Program-made: the position numbers and the translations under genes
The notes under the pieces: model-generated
The model's input: only the letters and a program-made list of their open reading frames with translations
The model's database searches: none
What the model was told of the DNA's origin: nothing
Source: Woronichinia naegeliana WA131
GTDB lineage: Bacteria > Cyanobacteriota > Cyanobacteriia > Cyanobacteriales > Microcystaceae
Assembly (NCBI GenBank): GCA_025370055.1
Contig: CP073041.1
Span: 4,308,272 to 4,372,271, forward strand
Length of the DNA: 64,000 nucleotides
Direction of reading: 5' to 3'
Shown here: piece by piece, positions 40,635 through 49,639 of the stretch
How the letters are laid out: the number at the start of each line of letters is the position of its first letter
How positions within the stretch are numbered: position 1 is the first letter of the stretch

Positions 40635-42038
40635 CCCTGGGAGGGTGCGACCTTTAGTTGATAAAAGCTGTTGTAATCAGGGTTCTACAGGGAACCCATA
40701 TTGATCAAGTTTTGCCCAAAATTGACTCCATCGTTCCTTGGTCAATACCAAAGCTCGTAGGCTCAAAATAATTCCTGCTCCTTTTTCCTTCCATCGCATC
40801 CCTGAACAACATAATCGTTGTTTGACCAACGTCTTACAAGCTGCTTCCGTAACACCTGAACCAATCGGATACTTTTTCTCTAAGTATTCAGCATAATCCA
40901 TTTGATGCTGATGATTCTCGTAATAAGTAATCGCCGCTTGTAGTTTCTCGGTAAGATTCTTAGAATGACTTTTTTCTTCTTTGACTTCTTTCATCAGATT
41001 TAGCAGTTCTCCTGCTTTTCCTTTTTCATGCTTGAGTTCTCGACAATTTTCAGTCAACCATTCTTTTTGTTTTGACACTGTATTCGGATGCAACGCTTCT
41101 GCCAAGGCACCTAAGTAACCAGAGGCATGATAGAAATCTAATATCTGTTCTTCCGTTTGCTTTTCTAAAAACTTCCAATTTGATTCTGCCCCGTCTGCTA
41201 TCCCGACCAATGTTGCCTCTGGATAACGTTTTTTCGCTCGCTCAATTTCTCTTTCTAATCTTTCTAGAAAACTCTTTTTTCCATACTCTGGTGCCGCACC
41301 TAGATAGATTGTATGTTGACGTTCTCCCTCACTATCGTATAGGGAAACGGTTCCCACCATTGCTTCACGGTAGCCATCCTCACACATCAGCATACAGGTT
41401 CCATCTAATCCTATTCCCACTGTTGCAATTTGGCTATCCTCCTTGGGCGGGGCATAACTCCACGCTTCTTCTTTTGCCTGTACCACACTTCCTACTGCTT
41501 CACTCAATCTTTGGATATAGGATAGCGCTACTTTTCTACCATGATTTTCTAATAAATCATTTTTCACCTCTTTGCCTGCCATCCCTGACATTTTTGAGGA
41601 TACCTGTTTTGCCAATAATGGCGTTGATGTTATGATTATCCTTGCTTCTCTTTCTAAGGGGCAATACGTTTTTCCTCCTACTGAACGCTGATATACATGA
41701 CGATTCACTATAACCTCACCATAAGGTGTTTGATATTCTTTCGGTTGCTCTCCCTTACTCTTCCAGATTTCTTCACCGATTTTTAAGGGTGAACCATCTG
41801 TATCTAAATATTTCAAGGCTTCTTTGCTGGCGATGCAACCTACTTCGTTTAAGCCTTTTTGAATATTTATTTCTGTATCCAACATTGAACGACTGAGTTC
41901 TAATGTTAGTTCTATTTTTATCTTTGAACCCTCTACATTAATTAGTTTTGCTGTCATCATTGTTTCCTCTTTGTCACTTTTCATCTCATGTTAACACTTT
42001 TCTTTTCCTTCATCAACTAAAAGTCGCACCCCCCTGGG
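40635..42038 (-). mobile_element. Insertion sequence (~1404 bp) encoding a UPF0236/ISKra4-like transposase; imperfect terminal IRs ~27 bp C(T/A)GGG(A/G)GGGTGCGAC(C/T)TTTAGTTGAT; inserted at the extreme 3' end of kaiA
   Basis: Inverted repeats at 40635-40662 and 42012-42038 read directly; one long transposase ORF inside. Confidence 0.7.
40677..41984 (-). CDS. Transposase, ISKra4/ISLre2-like (UPF0236) family (435 aa)
   Basis: Size and acidic-residue context (LDGTCMLMCEDG; GIADGAESNW; DFYHASGYL); the family assignment is tentative. Confidence 0.5.
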   Translation of the reverse strand: MKSDKEETMMTAKLINVEGSKIKIELTLELSRSMLDTEINIQKGLNEVGCIASKEALKYLDTDGSPLKIGEEIWKSKGEQPKEYQTPYGEVIVNRHVYQRSVGGKTYCPLEREARIIITSTPLLAKQVSSKMSGMAGKEVKNDLLENHGRKVALSYIQRLSEAVGSVVQAKEEAWSYAPPKEDSQIATVGIGLDGTCMLMCEDGYREAMVGTVSLYDSEGERQHTIYLGAAPEYGKKSFLERLEREIERAKKRYPEATLVGIADGAESNWKFLEKQTEEQILDFYHASGYLGALAEALHPNTVSKQKEWLTENCRELKHEKGKAGELLNLMKEVKEEKSHSKNLTEKLQAAITYYENHQHQMDYAEYLEKKYPIGSGVTEAACKTLVKQRLCCSGMRWKEKGAGIILSLRALVLTKERWSQFWAKLDQYGFPVEP

Positions 42039-42938
42039 AATAGAGCGTCGATACATTTCACCTAAATGCGCCAAAATATCAATCAGTGCTAAACGATAGT
42101 CTAATAAAATTTCTTCGCTGCGTCCTTCCAGTTTTAGGTGTTGAGAAAACTCATCCATGAGGTTAATATGAATTTCCAAAATTTGGGAAACCGAAATATC
42201 GGCAAAGAAAGCACTATTCACAAATTGATCAATCTCTTGGTTAATATCAACACTTTGGTTGAAATAGGTCAAGATAATTTCACGATATTCTAAGGCAAGC
42301 TGTTCTAGAAATTCTTGTTTCTCAGCCGGCTCTAGATTGCGATAAAAGCTTTTGGGGTTGCGCTTGTAATACACACCTAAATATCCCAATCTTTCTTTTA
42401 GCTTATCCGCCAAGCGACGTTGTTGTAGGAGCAAGAAACTTTGTTGAGAGTCTTGAGGATCACGTTTTTGAGTACTAGCATTTGGAGGGGGGATGGTGCA
42501 GCTAGGGCCAAGATGTAAATAATGGGCGATCGCCCGATCAATGACTGTCGGGATAGTTTGCCATTCTGATTCGGGTAAATGGATTTCGGCATTGTGGTAA
42601 ATGACCGTCGGCGTTTCCTGAGGGGCAGATGTCTCGCGTTGAGATTCGAGGATGATTATTGGCAGGAGGCAGCCTTGCTCGTAGAGTTGGTTAAAAAAGG
42701 GTAAGGCGGGACTATCTCGTAAGACGATCAGACAATCAATATGCTCTGTATGACTACCAATAAACTCGATAAATTCATTAACAGAATAGACATAGGTCAG
42801 CCGATAGCGATCGCTCTTTAACATCTGAGAAAGTTGCTGGGCGATCACCTCCGTTACAAAGAGGCAAAGAGAAAGAGAAGACTGCAAAGCGTTCTCGACA
42901 GGGTAACAGGGAAGGGTGTGAGGAGTAGAACACCCCAT
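41991..42938 (-). CDS. kaiA: Circadian clock protein KaiA. The 3'-terminal ~15 codons are encoded by the IS terminal repeat, and the N-terminal extent is uncertain.
   Basis: C-terminal domain LGYLGVYYKRNPKSFYRNL...FFADISVSQILEIHINLMDEFSQHLKLEGRSEEILLDYRLALIDILAHLGEMYRRSIPR is the KaiA dimerisation/KaiC-binding domain. The tail GVRLLVDEGKEKC* is read from the IS IR (ccaggggggtgcgac...). Confidence 0.85.
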   Translation of the reverse strand: MGCSTPHTLPCYPVENALQSSLSLCLFVTEVIAQQLSQMLKSDRYRLTYVYSVNEFIEFIGSHTEHIDCLIVLRDSPALPFFNQLYEQGCLLPIIILESQRETSAPQETPTVIYHNAEIHLPESEWQTIPTVIDRAIAHYLHLGPSCTIPPPNASTQKRDPQDSQQSFLLLQQRRLADKLKERLGYLGVYYKRNPKSFYRNLEPAEKQEFLEQLALEYREIILTYFNQSVDINQEIDQFVNSAFFADISVSQILEIHINLMDEFSQHLKLEGRSEEILLDYRLALIDILAHLGEMYRRSIPRGVRLLVDEGKEKC

Positions 42939-42989
42939 AGGGGGGACTGACCATAGACATTTCTACACTACAAAAGCTATCACATCTAG

Positions 42990-43990
42990 GCAGTCAGGAG
43001 TAGGAAAATCTAAAGAAAAGGTGAAAAAAGGTCAAAGTTAGGTTGCTAACGGTTGCCGAGGATGGGGATTCAGCCCGCGATCGCCGCTTGACGATGGCTT
43101 TGAGCCTGATTGACTGACAAAAGTTATGCAGAAAAGTACTGATAAGAGTGGATAGTGAATTCGAGACGATGTAGTCGCTGACGATGTTGTGGGCGTGAAG
43201 CCATAGAGGGTTCGGAGTCAAAATTAGAAGAGAAACGGACTTGATGAATGAGATTCCAGGCATTGAGAACAGCCGCCTTAATCCAATCACAGCCAATCCG
43301 AAAATAACTGTTGACGCGAAACCAATGAGTATCGACCCAGCGACGATGCCCTCCATCAACGACAGCAAGACCTTGAGAGGTGGCAAAAAGTGTAGCCACA
43401 GCCATGATAAAACTTTGAACTTTGAACTTTGAACTCGCCATCTATTGTGTACTGAATCTCTACCCAAACTCCATCTACGAGAATCATCTTGGGAATTCGG
43501 GTTAAGGGAACCTGTCTTCTGCTTTCTATTTGTTTTTGGACATTAAGAGTAATCTGGTTCACCGCACTTACCGATAGCACTTTTCCTAGTATTAAATATA
43601 AAGCCTCCTGCAAATCTCGTAAGGATAGCCCCATCACATAGAGAACACACATCCAATCCAATAAATTTCCCAGACTTCGCTGATATCTTTCTAAAATCTG
43701 CCATTCTCTTTCTTTATTTCCCTCTCTTAATTTGGGGACAGCTAAATCACTTATCTGTCCATATTGAGTGTTTACTCCACGAAGATAGTACCCAGAACGA
43801 TACGGTTTTTTCTCTTTTCCCTTGAGAAATTCTGTCACTTCTTACTTCAAGGCACTTTCTAAAACCGTTTTGACCGTATCCACCACTCCACCACTTCTGT
43901 CTTTAACTTTGAGTTTAAGGCTTCGTTTAGTTGAGGATGAAAACCTTGCTGTCTCACACGCAGGATTTGTTTTTCTTGCTCGGCTATACT
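42990..43990 (-). pseudogene. Decayed IS256-family (mutator-type) transposase remnant, fragmented over at least three frames
   Basis: Fragments KPYRSGYYLRGVNTQYGQISDLAVPKLREG...ILVDGVWVEI (43356-43838), FIMAVATLFATSQGLAVVDGGHRRW (43124-43441) and an upstream N-terminal piece; no intact ORF. Confidence 0.6.
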
Positions 43991-44420
43991 CATCGCTACA
44001 ATCCTTTCCAATCTTTTTTATTCTCTTGTTTTATACCTTTTCATACCATTTTCTACCTGCGCGAATAAATAAAGACACTAACGAAATTGTTAACTACCAC
44101 CAGCGTGAATATGAGTCCATCATTCTAAGTGTTTGGAAAGGATTGACCACAAGTGAATAATCGCTTGTATTAATTAATGTCTAACTTAGCCGCTAGACGA
44201 TGAACAAGAAGCTTAGAAATTATCATTTAGTGCGATCTCTGTTTCTGTCGCGTCATTTTAAGGTGTGATCGCGGTTTCATTATCTGTAATTGAAAATAGG
44301 CGATCGCGGCTTTATTGTTTGTAATTAAAAGGGGCGATCGCTATTCTTATCGTCGTTTCCTATTTAGCAAGCTTAGGGTTTAAAATAAAGAAGAGGTGTT
44401 TAGAGTTATCAACAAGAACT

Positions 44421-44696
44421 ATGGTGGTACAACGTTGGACAGATGAAATGCTTGATGATTTAGCGTCAAGTGTCACTGAGCTACGGAACGGCTTTGCAGA
44501 TGTACGGGAAAGCATTACCGAGATTCGGGATAGTGTGGATGGATTAAGAGTGACTTCCCAAGCGTTGTTACAGGTGGCAGCGCAGAGTCAACGGGATATG
44601 GAAGCAATTAAAGAACGGCAAGCGGAAAGTGATCAACAGTTTAATGTTTTATTGGAGGAGGTACGTTTTTTGATTCGGGGAAAAACCAATGATTAA
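44421..44696 (+). CDS. Hypothetical coiled-coil protein (91 aa)
   Basis: ATG start, flanked by HIP1 repeat arrays. Confidence 0.35.
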   Translation: MVVQRWTDEMLDDLASSVTELRNGFADVRESITEIRDSVDGLRVTSQALLQVAAQSQRDMEAIKERQAESDQQFNVLLEEVRFLIRGKTND

Positions 44697-44866
44697 TTAG
44701 ATTTTAAATCGCGGTTTTATTCTTTATGATTGAAAAAGGCGATCGCAGTATGAATTTGGGCTTTAAGGGCAATCACGGTGCAAGAGTTGATTGTTTTAAG
44801 AATGGCGATCCATTGAATCTTATTGTAAAATAGTGACATCAAGAACATCTTGCACATTTTTTTATT

Positions 44867-45085
44867 ATGACGGAACTACTTGAACAAGATATTTCAAAAA
44901 TCAGAACTTTATCCTCTGATCAACAAGAGACTCTAGCGACTATCATTCTAGAAGAAATCGAAGAAGAAAAGCAATGGGATCAATCCTTTACTCGTTCACC
45001 TGATTTATTAGCCAAACTTGCCGCAGAAGCGATGACTGAATACCGACAAGGAAAAACGAAAGAACTCGATCCAGAAACTCTGTGA
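44867..45085 (+). CDS. Antitoxin of a RelE/ParE-type TA pair (72 aa)
   Basis: 4-nt overlap with the toxin gene; paralogous to 45515-45739. Confidence 0.55.
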   Translation: MTELLEQDISKIRTLSSDQQETLATIILEEIEEEKQWDQSFTRSPDLLAKLAAEAMTEYRQGKTKELDPETL

Positions 45086-45351
45086 AATCCCAAACAACAA
45101 TTCAGTTTCGTAAACAATTTTCTGCTCTCCCTAAACAAATTCAAGAACAGACCCGCAAAGCCTATCGGCAATTTCAAGATGATTCCAGTCATCCTAGTTT
45201 ACGGTTCAAAAAAATCCATTCTCAACTACCTATTTATTCTGCTCGAATTAACAAAGATTATCGAGTAGTTGGTCAGTTAGAACAGGATACAGTAATCTGG
45301 TTTTGGATTGGTTCCCATGCTGAATATGACTTGCTTTTGAATCAGATTTAA
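45082..45351 (+). CDS. RelE/ParE-family toxin (89 aa)
   Basis: C-terminal INKDYRVVGQLEQDTVIWFWIGSHAEYDLL matches the RelE/ParE core (..YRL.Y......V....IG.H..Y). Confidence 0.6.
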   Translation: MKSQTTIQFRKQFSALPKQIQEQTRKAYRQFQDDSSHPSLRFKKIHSQLPIYSARINKDYRVVGQLEQDTVIWFWIGSHAEYDLLLNQI

Positions 45352-45514
45352 GGCGATCGCGTTGCAAGAGTTGATTGTTTTAAGAAAGGCGATCTCGGTT
45401 TCGTTATTCGCAATTGAAAATAGGCGATCACTTTTGAAAGGAGAATTAGTGAGTGGTGATCGCTTTTTTGGCGCTAGAATCTAACTAACAATAAATTCTA
45501 TATTTCAACTGATT

Positions 45515-45739
45515 ATGACGGAACTACTTCAACAGGCGATCGCCAAAATCGAACAACTTTCTCCACATCAACAGGACGCGATCGCTTCTCGGTTATTAAC
45601 AGAAGTGCAAGATGAACAGCATTGGGAAACCAGCCTTAATAACACAACTGATGGTCAGTGGGAGCAAATGGCCGATATGGTGCGCCAAGAAATTAGTGGG
45701 AGTAAAACCGTTCCTCTGAATCAAATTTTTCCCTCTTAG
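45515..45739 (+). CDS. Antitoxin (paralogue of 44867-45085), retained next to a dead toxin gene
   Basis: 74 aa, MTELLQQAIAKIEQLSPHQQDAIASRLL... parallels MTELLEQDISKIRTLSSDQQETLATIIL... Confidence 0.5.
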   Translation: MTELLQQAIAKIEQLSPHQQDAIASRLLTEVQDEQHWETSLNNTTDGQWEQMADMVRQEISGSKTVPLNQIFPS

Positions 45740-45740
45740 C

Positions 45741-46011
45741 AATGAAATCAAGCGTTACACAATCCTTTCGTAAGCAACTGGAACAATTGCCAATCTTCGT
45801 TCAAGAACAGGCAGCTAAAGCTTACAAACTTTGGCAAAAAGACCCGTACCATAATAGTATTTAATTCAAAAGAGTGAGTCCTCAACAACCGATTTATTCG
45901 GTGCGTGTTAGTCTCAATTATCGTGCATTAGGTTTTTGGGAATCTGATCACGTTTATTGGTATTGGATAGGTACTCATAATGAATATGACGAATTACTCA
46001 AAAATTTGTAG
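45741..46011 (+). pseudogene. RelE/ParE-family toxin paralogue inactivated by an in-frame TAA at 45861-45863 (codon 41; the paralogue has Leu/TTA here)
   Basis: Translation MKSSVTQSFRKQLEQLPIFVQEQAAKAYKLWQKDPYHNSI*FKRVSPQQPIYSVRVSLNYRALGFWESDHVYWYWIGTHNEYDELLKNL, compared with the intact toxin ...HPSLRFKKIHSQLPIYSARINKDYRVVG... Confidence 0.65.
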
Positions 46012-46085
46012 AATTGCGGTTTTGTTGTGTGTAATTGATAAAAGGCGATCATTAAAATTCTAATATGTTAAGATTGAGGTAAAAT

Positions 46086-46335
46086 GTGAATTATTATTTT
46101 TCTGAACACGCTAAACAAGAAATAGAACGCCGTTTCATTCCCTTATAACATATTGAATCAACTCTAAATAGTCCTCAACAAATTACCGAGGAACGAGAAC
46201 AAAGACGGTGCTATCAATCTCTCGTTAAAATCAATGATAAGCAGTTTTTACGGCGCATTATTGTCAATCGAGAAAGCCCCAAAAAAGTTATCACACTTTA
46301 TCTAACCACAAAAATCAAAAAATATTGGAGATAAC
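46086..46335 (+). pseudogene. DUF4258-like toxin-type gene with an internal TAA (nonsense) about 20 codons in
   Basis: Translation VNYYFSEHAKQEIERRFIPL*HIESTLNSPQQITEEREQRRCYQSLVKINDKQFLRRIIVNRESPKKVITLYLTTKIKKYWR; paired with the DUF2283 gene immediately downstream. Confidence 0.45.
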
Positions 46336-46336
46336 C

Positions 46337-46537
46337 ATGAAAATTAATTATGATCAAGACGTTGATATTCTTAGAATTTTACTCACCGATGCCGCTATTG
46401 AAGAAAGTGATGAGATAGAAACAGGTGTAATTTTTGACTACGATAGTCAAGGTAATGTTGTTGGTATTGAGATTTTAGATGCCTCTAAACGCAACACTCA
46501 ATCTCGTCAACTAGAATACTCAATTTCCAATATTTAG
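46337..46537 (+). CDS. DUF2283-family small protein (partner of DUF4258)
   Basis: MKINYDQDVDILRILLTD...GVIFDYDSQGNVVGIEILDAS is the DUF2283 signature. Confidence 0.6.
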   Translation: MKINYDQDVDILRILLTDAAIEESDEIETGVIFDYDSQGNVVGIEILDASKRNTQSRQLEYSISNI

Positions 46538-46704
46538 GTTAATCTTGTTGGGAAAAAGGAGATCGCATTATGAGTTCAGGGTTTAGAGGCGATCGCGGTT
46601 TGTTATTTGTGTTGAAAAAGGATTATTGTCTTTTCCTCTCCTGATCTTAATTTCTATGCTAAAATCGAATCCAGAGCTTAATCTTAATATTTAATCGTAA
46701 AGCC

Positions 46705-46941
46705 ATGACGACTATTAATTTATCAGTTCCCTTTGAATCCCTTGTTACTGCAATTCGATCTTTAACCTGGAATGAACAGCAACAATTATTAAAATTACTC
46801 GAAGAGCAAATGTTTGAATCAGAAGAAGCCTGGGAGGATAGTCCTGAAATAGTCGCCGAAATTCAACAAGCAAGAGAAGCTTATCAAGCAGGAGACTATC
46901 AAACACTCGAAGAATTTATGTCTAATAAATCTCAAGGTTAG
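46705..46941 (+). CDS. Antitoxin (78 aa) of a RelE/ParE TA pair
   Basis: Acidic small protein, 2-bp gap to the toxin gene. Confidence 0.5.
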   Translation: MTTINLSVPFESLVTAIRSLTWNEQQQLLKLLEEQMFESEEAWEDSPEIVAEIQQAREAYQAGDYQTLEEFMSNKSQG

Positions 46942-46943
46942 CC

Positions 46944-47204
46944 ATGAGATATACAATAATTATTCCTAAACCCGTACAAAAACAACTTAAAAATTTACCT
47001 ACAGAAACGTATCAAAGAATTATAGAAAAAATCGGACAACTATCTAGTCAGCCTCGTTCTCTAGACACGAAAAAACTCAAGGGATTTGAAAATGAGTACC
47101 GAATTAGAATTGGCGATTACCGTGTTCGCTACGAAATTAAAGACAAAACCCTAACAGTTCTTCTTCTTAGTTGTCGCCATCGAAGAGATGCCTATAGAGA
47201 TTAA
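46944..47204 (+). CDS. RelE/ParE-family toxin (86 aa)
   Basis: KLKGFENEYRIRIGDYRVRYEIKDKTLTVLLLSCRHRRDAY matches the RelE/ParE C-terminal core. Confidence 0.6.
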   Translation: MRYTIIIPKPVQKQLKNLPTETYQRIIEKIGQLSSQPRSLDTKKLKGFENEYRIRIGDYRVRYEIKDKTLTVLLLSCRHRRDAYRD

Positions 47205-47205
47205 T

Positions 47206-47400
47206 GGCGATCGCAATATAAGTTCAGATTTTAGGGGTGATCGCAGTATGAATTCAGGATTTAGAGGCGATCGCAATATAAGTTCAGATTTTAGGGGTGA
47301 TCGCAGTATGAATTCAGGATTTAGAGGCGATCGCAATATAAGTTCAGATTTTAGGGGCGATCGCAATTTGAGTTAAGGGTTTAGGAGCGATCGCGTTTTC
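47206..47400. repeat. Tandem repeat, 60-bp period x ~3.3, composed of two alternating ~30-bp HIP1-containing subunits (G(G/T)GATCGCAATATAAGTTCAGATTTTAGG / GGTGATCGCAGTATGAATTCAGGATTTAGAG)
   Basis: Exact 60-nt register visible in consecutive sequence lines 47221, 47281, 47341. Confidence 0.85.
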
Positions 47401-47548
47401 ATTATCTGTAATTGAAAAGGGCGATCGCTGTTTCGTATCGAGTAGAGGTAGAGCCGATGTTCAGTGGTTAAGGAAAGGATTTGAGGGAAAACTTTGCCGT
47501 GTAAATTTGTTATACTCTAATTAGTCTAACTTTTGAGGTAATAAGCGT

Positions 47549-48121
47549 GTGACTATCAGCATCGAACGCCCTCCTGCTAGTTCTATTACTTTAACTGAGT
47601 TTTTGGCATTGCCAGAGACTAAACCTGCCAGTGAATATTTAGATGGAGAAATCATTCAAAAACCAATGCCCCAGGGAGAACATAGTCTGTTTCAAAATGA
47701 GCTACTAATGCGTATTAATCAATTAGGCAAACCTGCCAAAATTGTTTACGCCTTCCCTGAATTGCGTTGTGTCTTTGCAGGACGAGCGATCGTGCCAGAT
47801 ATAGCAGTATTTGCTTGGAATAATATTCCGAGAACTGCGGAGGGAAAGGTCGCAAATAGATTTGAAATCCCCCCCGATTGGTTAATTGAAATTCTCTCAC
47901 CTGAACAATCTCCTAATCGGGTTATTAAAAAGATTGTGTTTGCACTTAAACAGGGAACCCAGTTAGCTTGGTTAATTGATCCGATGGATGAGTCTGTCAC
48001 AGTTTTCTATCCTCAAAGTTTACCTGATATTAAAGAACAGGAGGATTTATTGCCAGCTTTAGATGGTCTTCAGAACTGGCAATTATCAGTAGCAGAAATG
48101 TTTAGTTGGTTGGCTTTATAG
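47549..48121 (+). CDS. Uma2-family (DUF820) restriction-endonuclease-like protein
   Basis: EYLDGEII...D...E..K fold signature (EYLDGEIIQKPMPQGEHS...PDIAVF...IEILSPEQ). Confidence 0.65.
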   Translation: MTISIERPPASSITLTEFLALPETKPASEYLDGEIIQKPMPQGEHSLFQNELLMRINQLGKPAKIVYAFPELRCVFAGRAIVPDIAVFAWNNIPRTAEGKVANRFEIPPDWLIEILSPEQSPNRVIKKIVFALKQGTQLAWLIDPMDESVTVFYPQSLPDIKEQEDLLPALDGLQNWQLSVAEMFSWLAL

Positions 48122-48480
48122 ATTCAAAAATAAGTGGCGATCGCGGTTTCATTATCTGTAATTGAAAAAAGGCGATCGCGGTTTCGTTATCTGTAATTGA
48201 AAGTAGTGATCGCGTTTTCATTATCTGTAATTGAAGAGGGGCGATCGCAGTATGATTTTAGAATTTAGGGGCGATCTCAGTATGAATTTGGGGTTTAGAA
48301 GCGATCGCGGTCTTGTTGTTTATGAATAGTGCGATCGCGGTTTCATTATTTATAATTGAAAATAGGTGATCGCCGTTTCCTATCCTGTTTGAAAGTGCGA
48401 TCGCAGTATGAGTTCAAGGTTTAGAGGTCGATCGCCTTATGAGTTCGGAGTTTAGGGGCGATCGCTAGGGTAAACAACCT
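48121..48480. repeat. HIP1-containing minisatellite array (about 10 units of 30-36 bp; unit types GCGATCGCGGTTTCATTATCTGTAATTGAAAA and GCGATCGCAGTATGARTTCAGGRTTTAGRG). Its first ~170 bp are duplicated exactly at 49745-49925.
   Basis: Read directly. Units abut without unique spacers. Confidence 0.8.
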
Positions 48481-48791
48481 TGTAATTCTTCTTGACTCAC
48501 TGATTGTCTTAAGATTTCACTAATCAGTGATTGATAACCCTCTTCTCCTGCTTTTAACTTAAAATAGGCAATTAAAGTTTCGTCTAAATCAATCATAATA
48601 GATTGCTTGCGTGGCGAAGGCTTAAGACCTACCCGAAAAACAGCACGGTCTAAATCTGTTTGAGTGACTTCAGGATATTCGTCTTGCAGATCAGAGATTT
48701 CTAAAGAAGAGTGATTGTTCATGGTTGTTTGCCTCACGCATTGAAATAAGACGAATTTCAGTTTCGGTTTCTGTGTGGATAATAACCACAA
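48465..48791 (-). CDS. brnA: BrnA-like antitoxin (start probably at MNNHSS, ~48722)
   Basis: Downstream of, and overlapping, the BrnT toxin gene on the minus strand. Confidence 0.5.
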   Translation of the reverse strand: MWLLSTQKPKLKFVLFQCVRQTTMNNHSSLEISDLQDEYPEVTQTDLDRAVFRVGLKPSPRKQSIMIDLDETLIAYFKLKAGEEGYQSLISEILRQSVSQEELQGCLP

Positions 48792-48960
48792 CTTTAAGCC
48801 CTAATAATCCTAGCGTTACCCAACGCTGTTCGCCATAATTTTGACGATTATCTTCAAAAGTGAAAGTTGGCCCAGCAAATACGTTTTCCGCATTACAAAA
48901 ATCCAGACCGTGCTTTTTAAGGTTACTTTGTCGCTTAGGTTCGTGCCAAATAAATCTCAT
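48691..48960 (-). CDS. brnT: BrnT-family (DUF497) toxin
   Basis: WHEPKRQSNLKKHGLDFCNAENVFAGPTFTFEDNRQNYGEQRWVTLGLL...IRLISMREANNHE matches the BrnT signature. Confidence 0.7.
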   Translation of the reverse strand: MRFIWHEPKRQSNLKKHGLDFCNAENVFAGPTFTFEDNRQNYGEQRWVTLGLLGLKVVVIIHTETETEIRLISMREANNHEQSLFFRNL

Positions 48961-49148
48961 ACATAGACATTATACAAAGAATTTGGGTGATCGCAGTATA
49001 AGCTCAGAGTTCGGGATGTAGGGGCGATCGCAATTTGAGTTCAGAGTTTAGGGGCGATCACTGTTTTCTAGTTTCGGGAGAGAGCGATCACTATAACAGA
49101 ATTTCTCTATAATATAGAGAGTATCTCATCCCGTTAGGAGATGGTTAA

Positions 49149-49607
49149 ATGCTGACAACTGACCCCAAACCTTCATTATACGAACAGGATTTTTATTTGT
49201 GGATACAAAGAACCATCGAGCTACTAAAAAAAGGTAAGTTAGAGCAATTAGATCTAGAAAATTTAATTGAAGAAATAGATAGTATGGGAAAAAGTCAAAG
49301 GAAGGAGCTTAAAACTCGCCTGACGGTGTTAATTGAACATCTATTAAAGCTTCAATATTGGACAACGGAAAAAGAATATAATGTTAGGGGATGGCTCAAT
49401 ACTATTGTTGAACAAAGACGACAAATTACTTACATTTTGGCTGATAGCCCTAGTTTAAAACCTGTTTTAAATGATATATTTTTAGACTGTTATCAGGATG
49501 CAAGAAGCGATACCCTTCGCAAATATCAACTCCCTGCAACTCTATTTCCCCAAGAATCTCCCTTTTGTCTGTTGGAAGTGCTTGATCCAGATTTTATTCC
49601 AGTATAA
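49149..49607 (+). CDS. DUF29-family protein
   Basis: LYEQDFYLWIQRTIELLKKGKLEQLDLENLIEEIDSMGKSQRKEL... is the typical DUF29 N-terminus. Confidence 0.65.
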   Translation: MLTTDPKPSLYEQDFYLWIQRTIELLKKGKLEQLDLENLIEEIDSMGKSQRKELKTRLTVLIEHLLKLQYWTTEKEYNVRGWLNTIVEQRRQITYILADSPSLKPVLNDIFLDCYQDARSDTLRKYQLPATLFPQESPFCLLEVLDPDFIPV

Positions 49608-49639
49608 TTTGGGTGAATTTTTAAGAGATCACTATTTTT

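Noticed and set aside
41072-41635. 187-aa plus-strand ORF inside the ISKra4-like transposase gene
   Set aside because: Antisense to the transposase ORF; hydrophobic low-complexity translation.
42156-42186. gatB/crcB convergent overlap (62156-62186) as a possible annotation error
   Set aside because: Short convergent 3' overlaps are common. The crcB ORF may extend slightly beyond the true C-terminus, but both genes are well supported.
43822-44160. 112-aa plus-strand ORF upstream of the IS256 remnant
   Set aside because: It overlaps the minus-strand N-terminal fragment of the decayed IS256 transposase; no independent support.
47151-47376. ORFs 47151-47366 (-) and 47188-47376 (+) encoding repetitive peptides (RSPLKSELIL... 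/ GDRNISSDFRGDRSMNSGFR...)
   Set aside because: Artefacts of translating the 60-bp tandem DNA repeat on both strands; no start context.
47206-48480. CRISPR-like appearance of the GCGATCGC-containing arrays (regular 30-36-bp and 60-bp periodicity)
   Set aside because: Units abut directly, with no unique spacers. The 'spacers' are themselves repeated and similar to the repeats. No cas genes are nearby. The same arrays recur as intergenic minisatellites.
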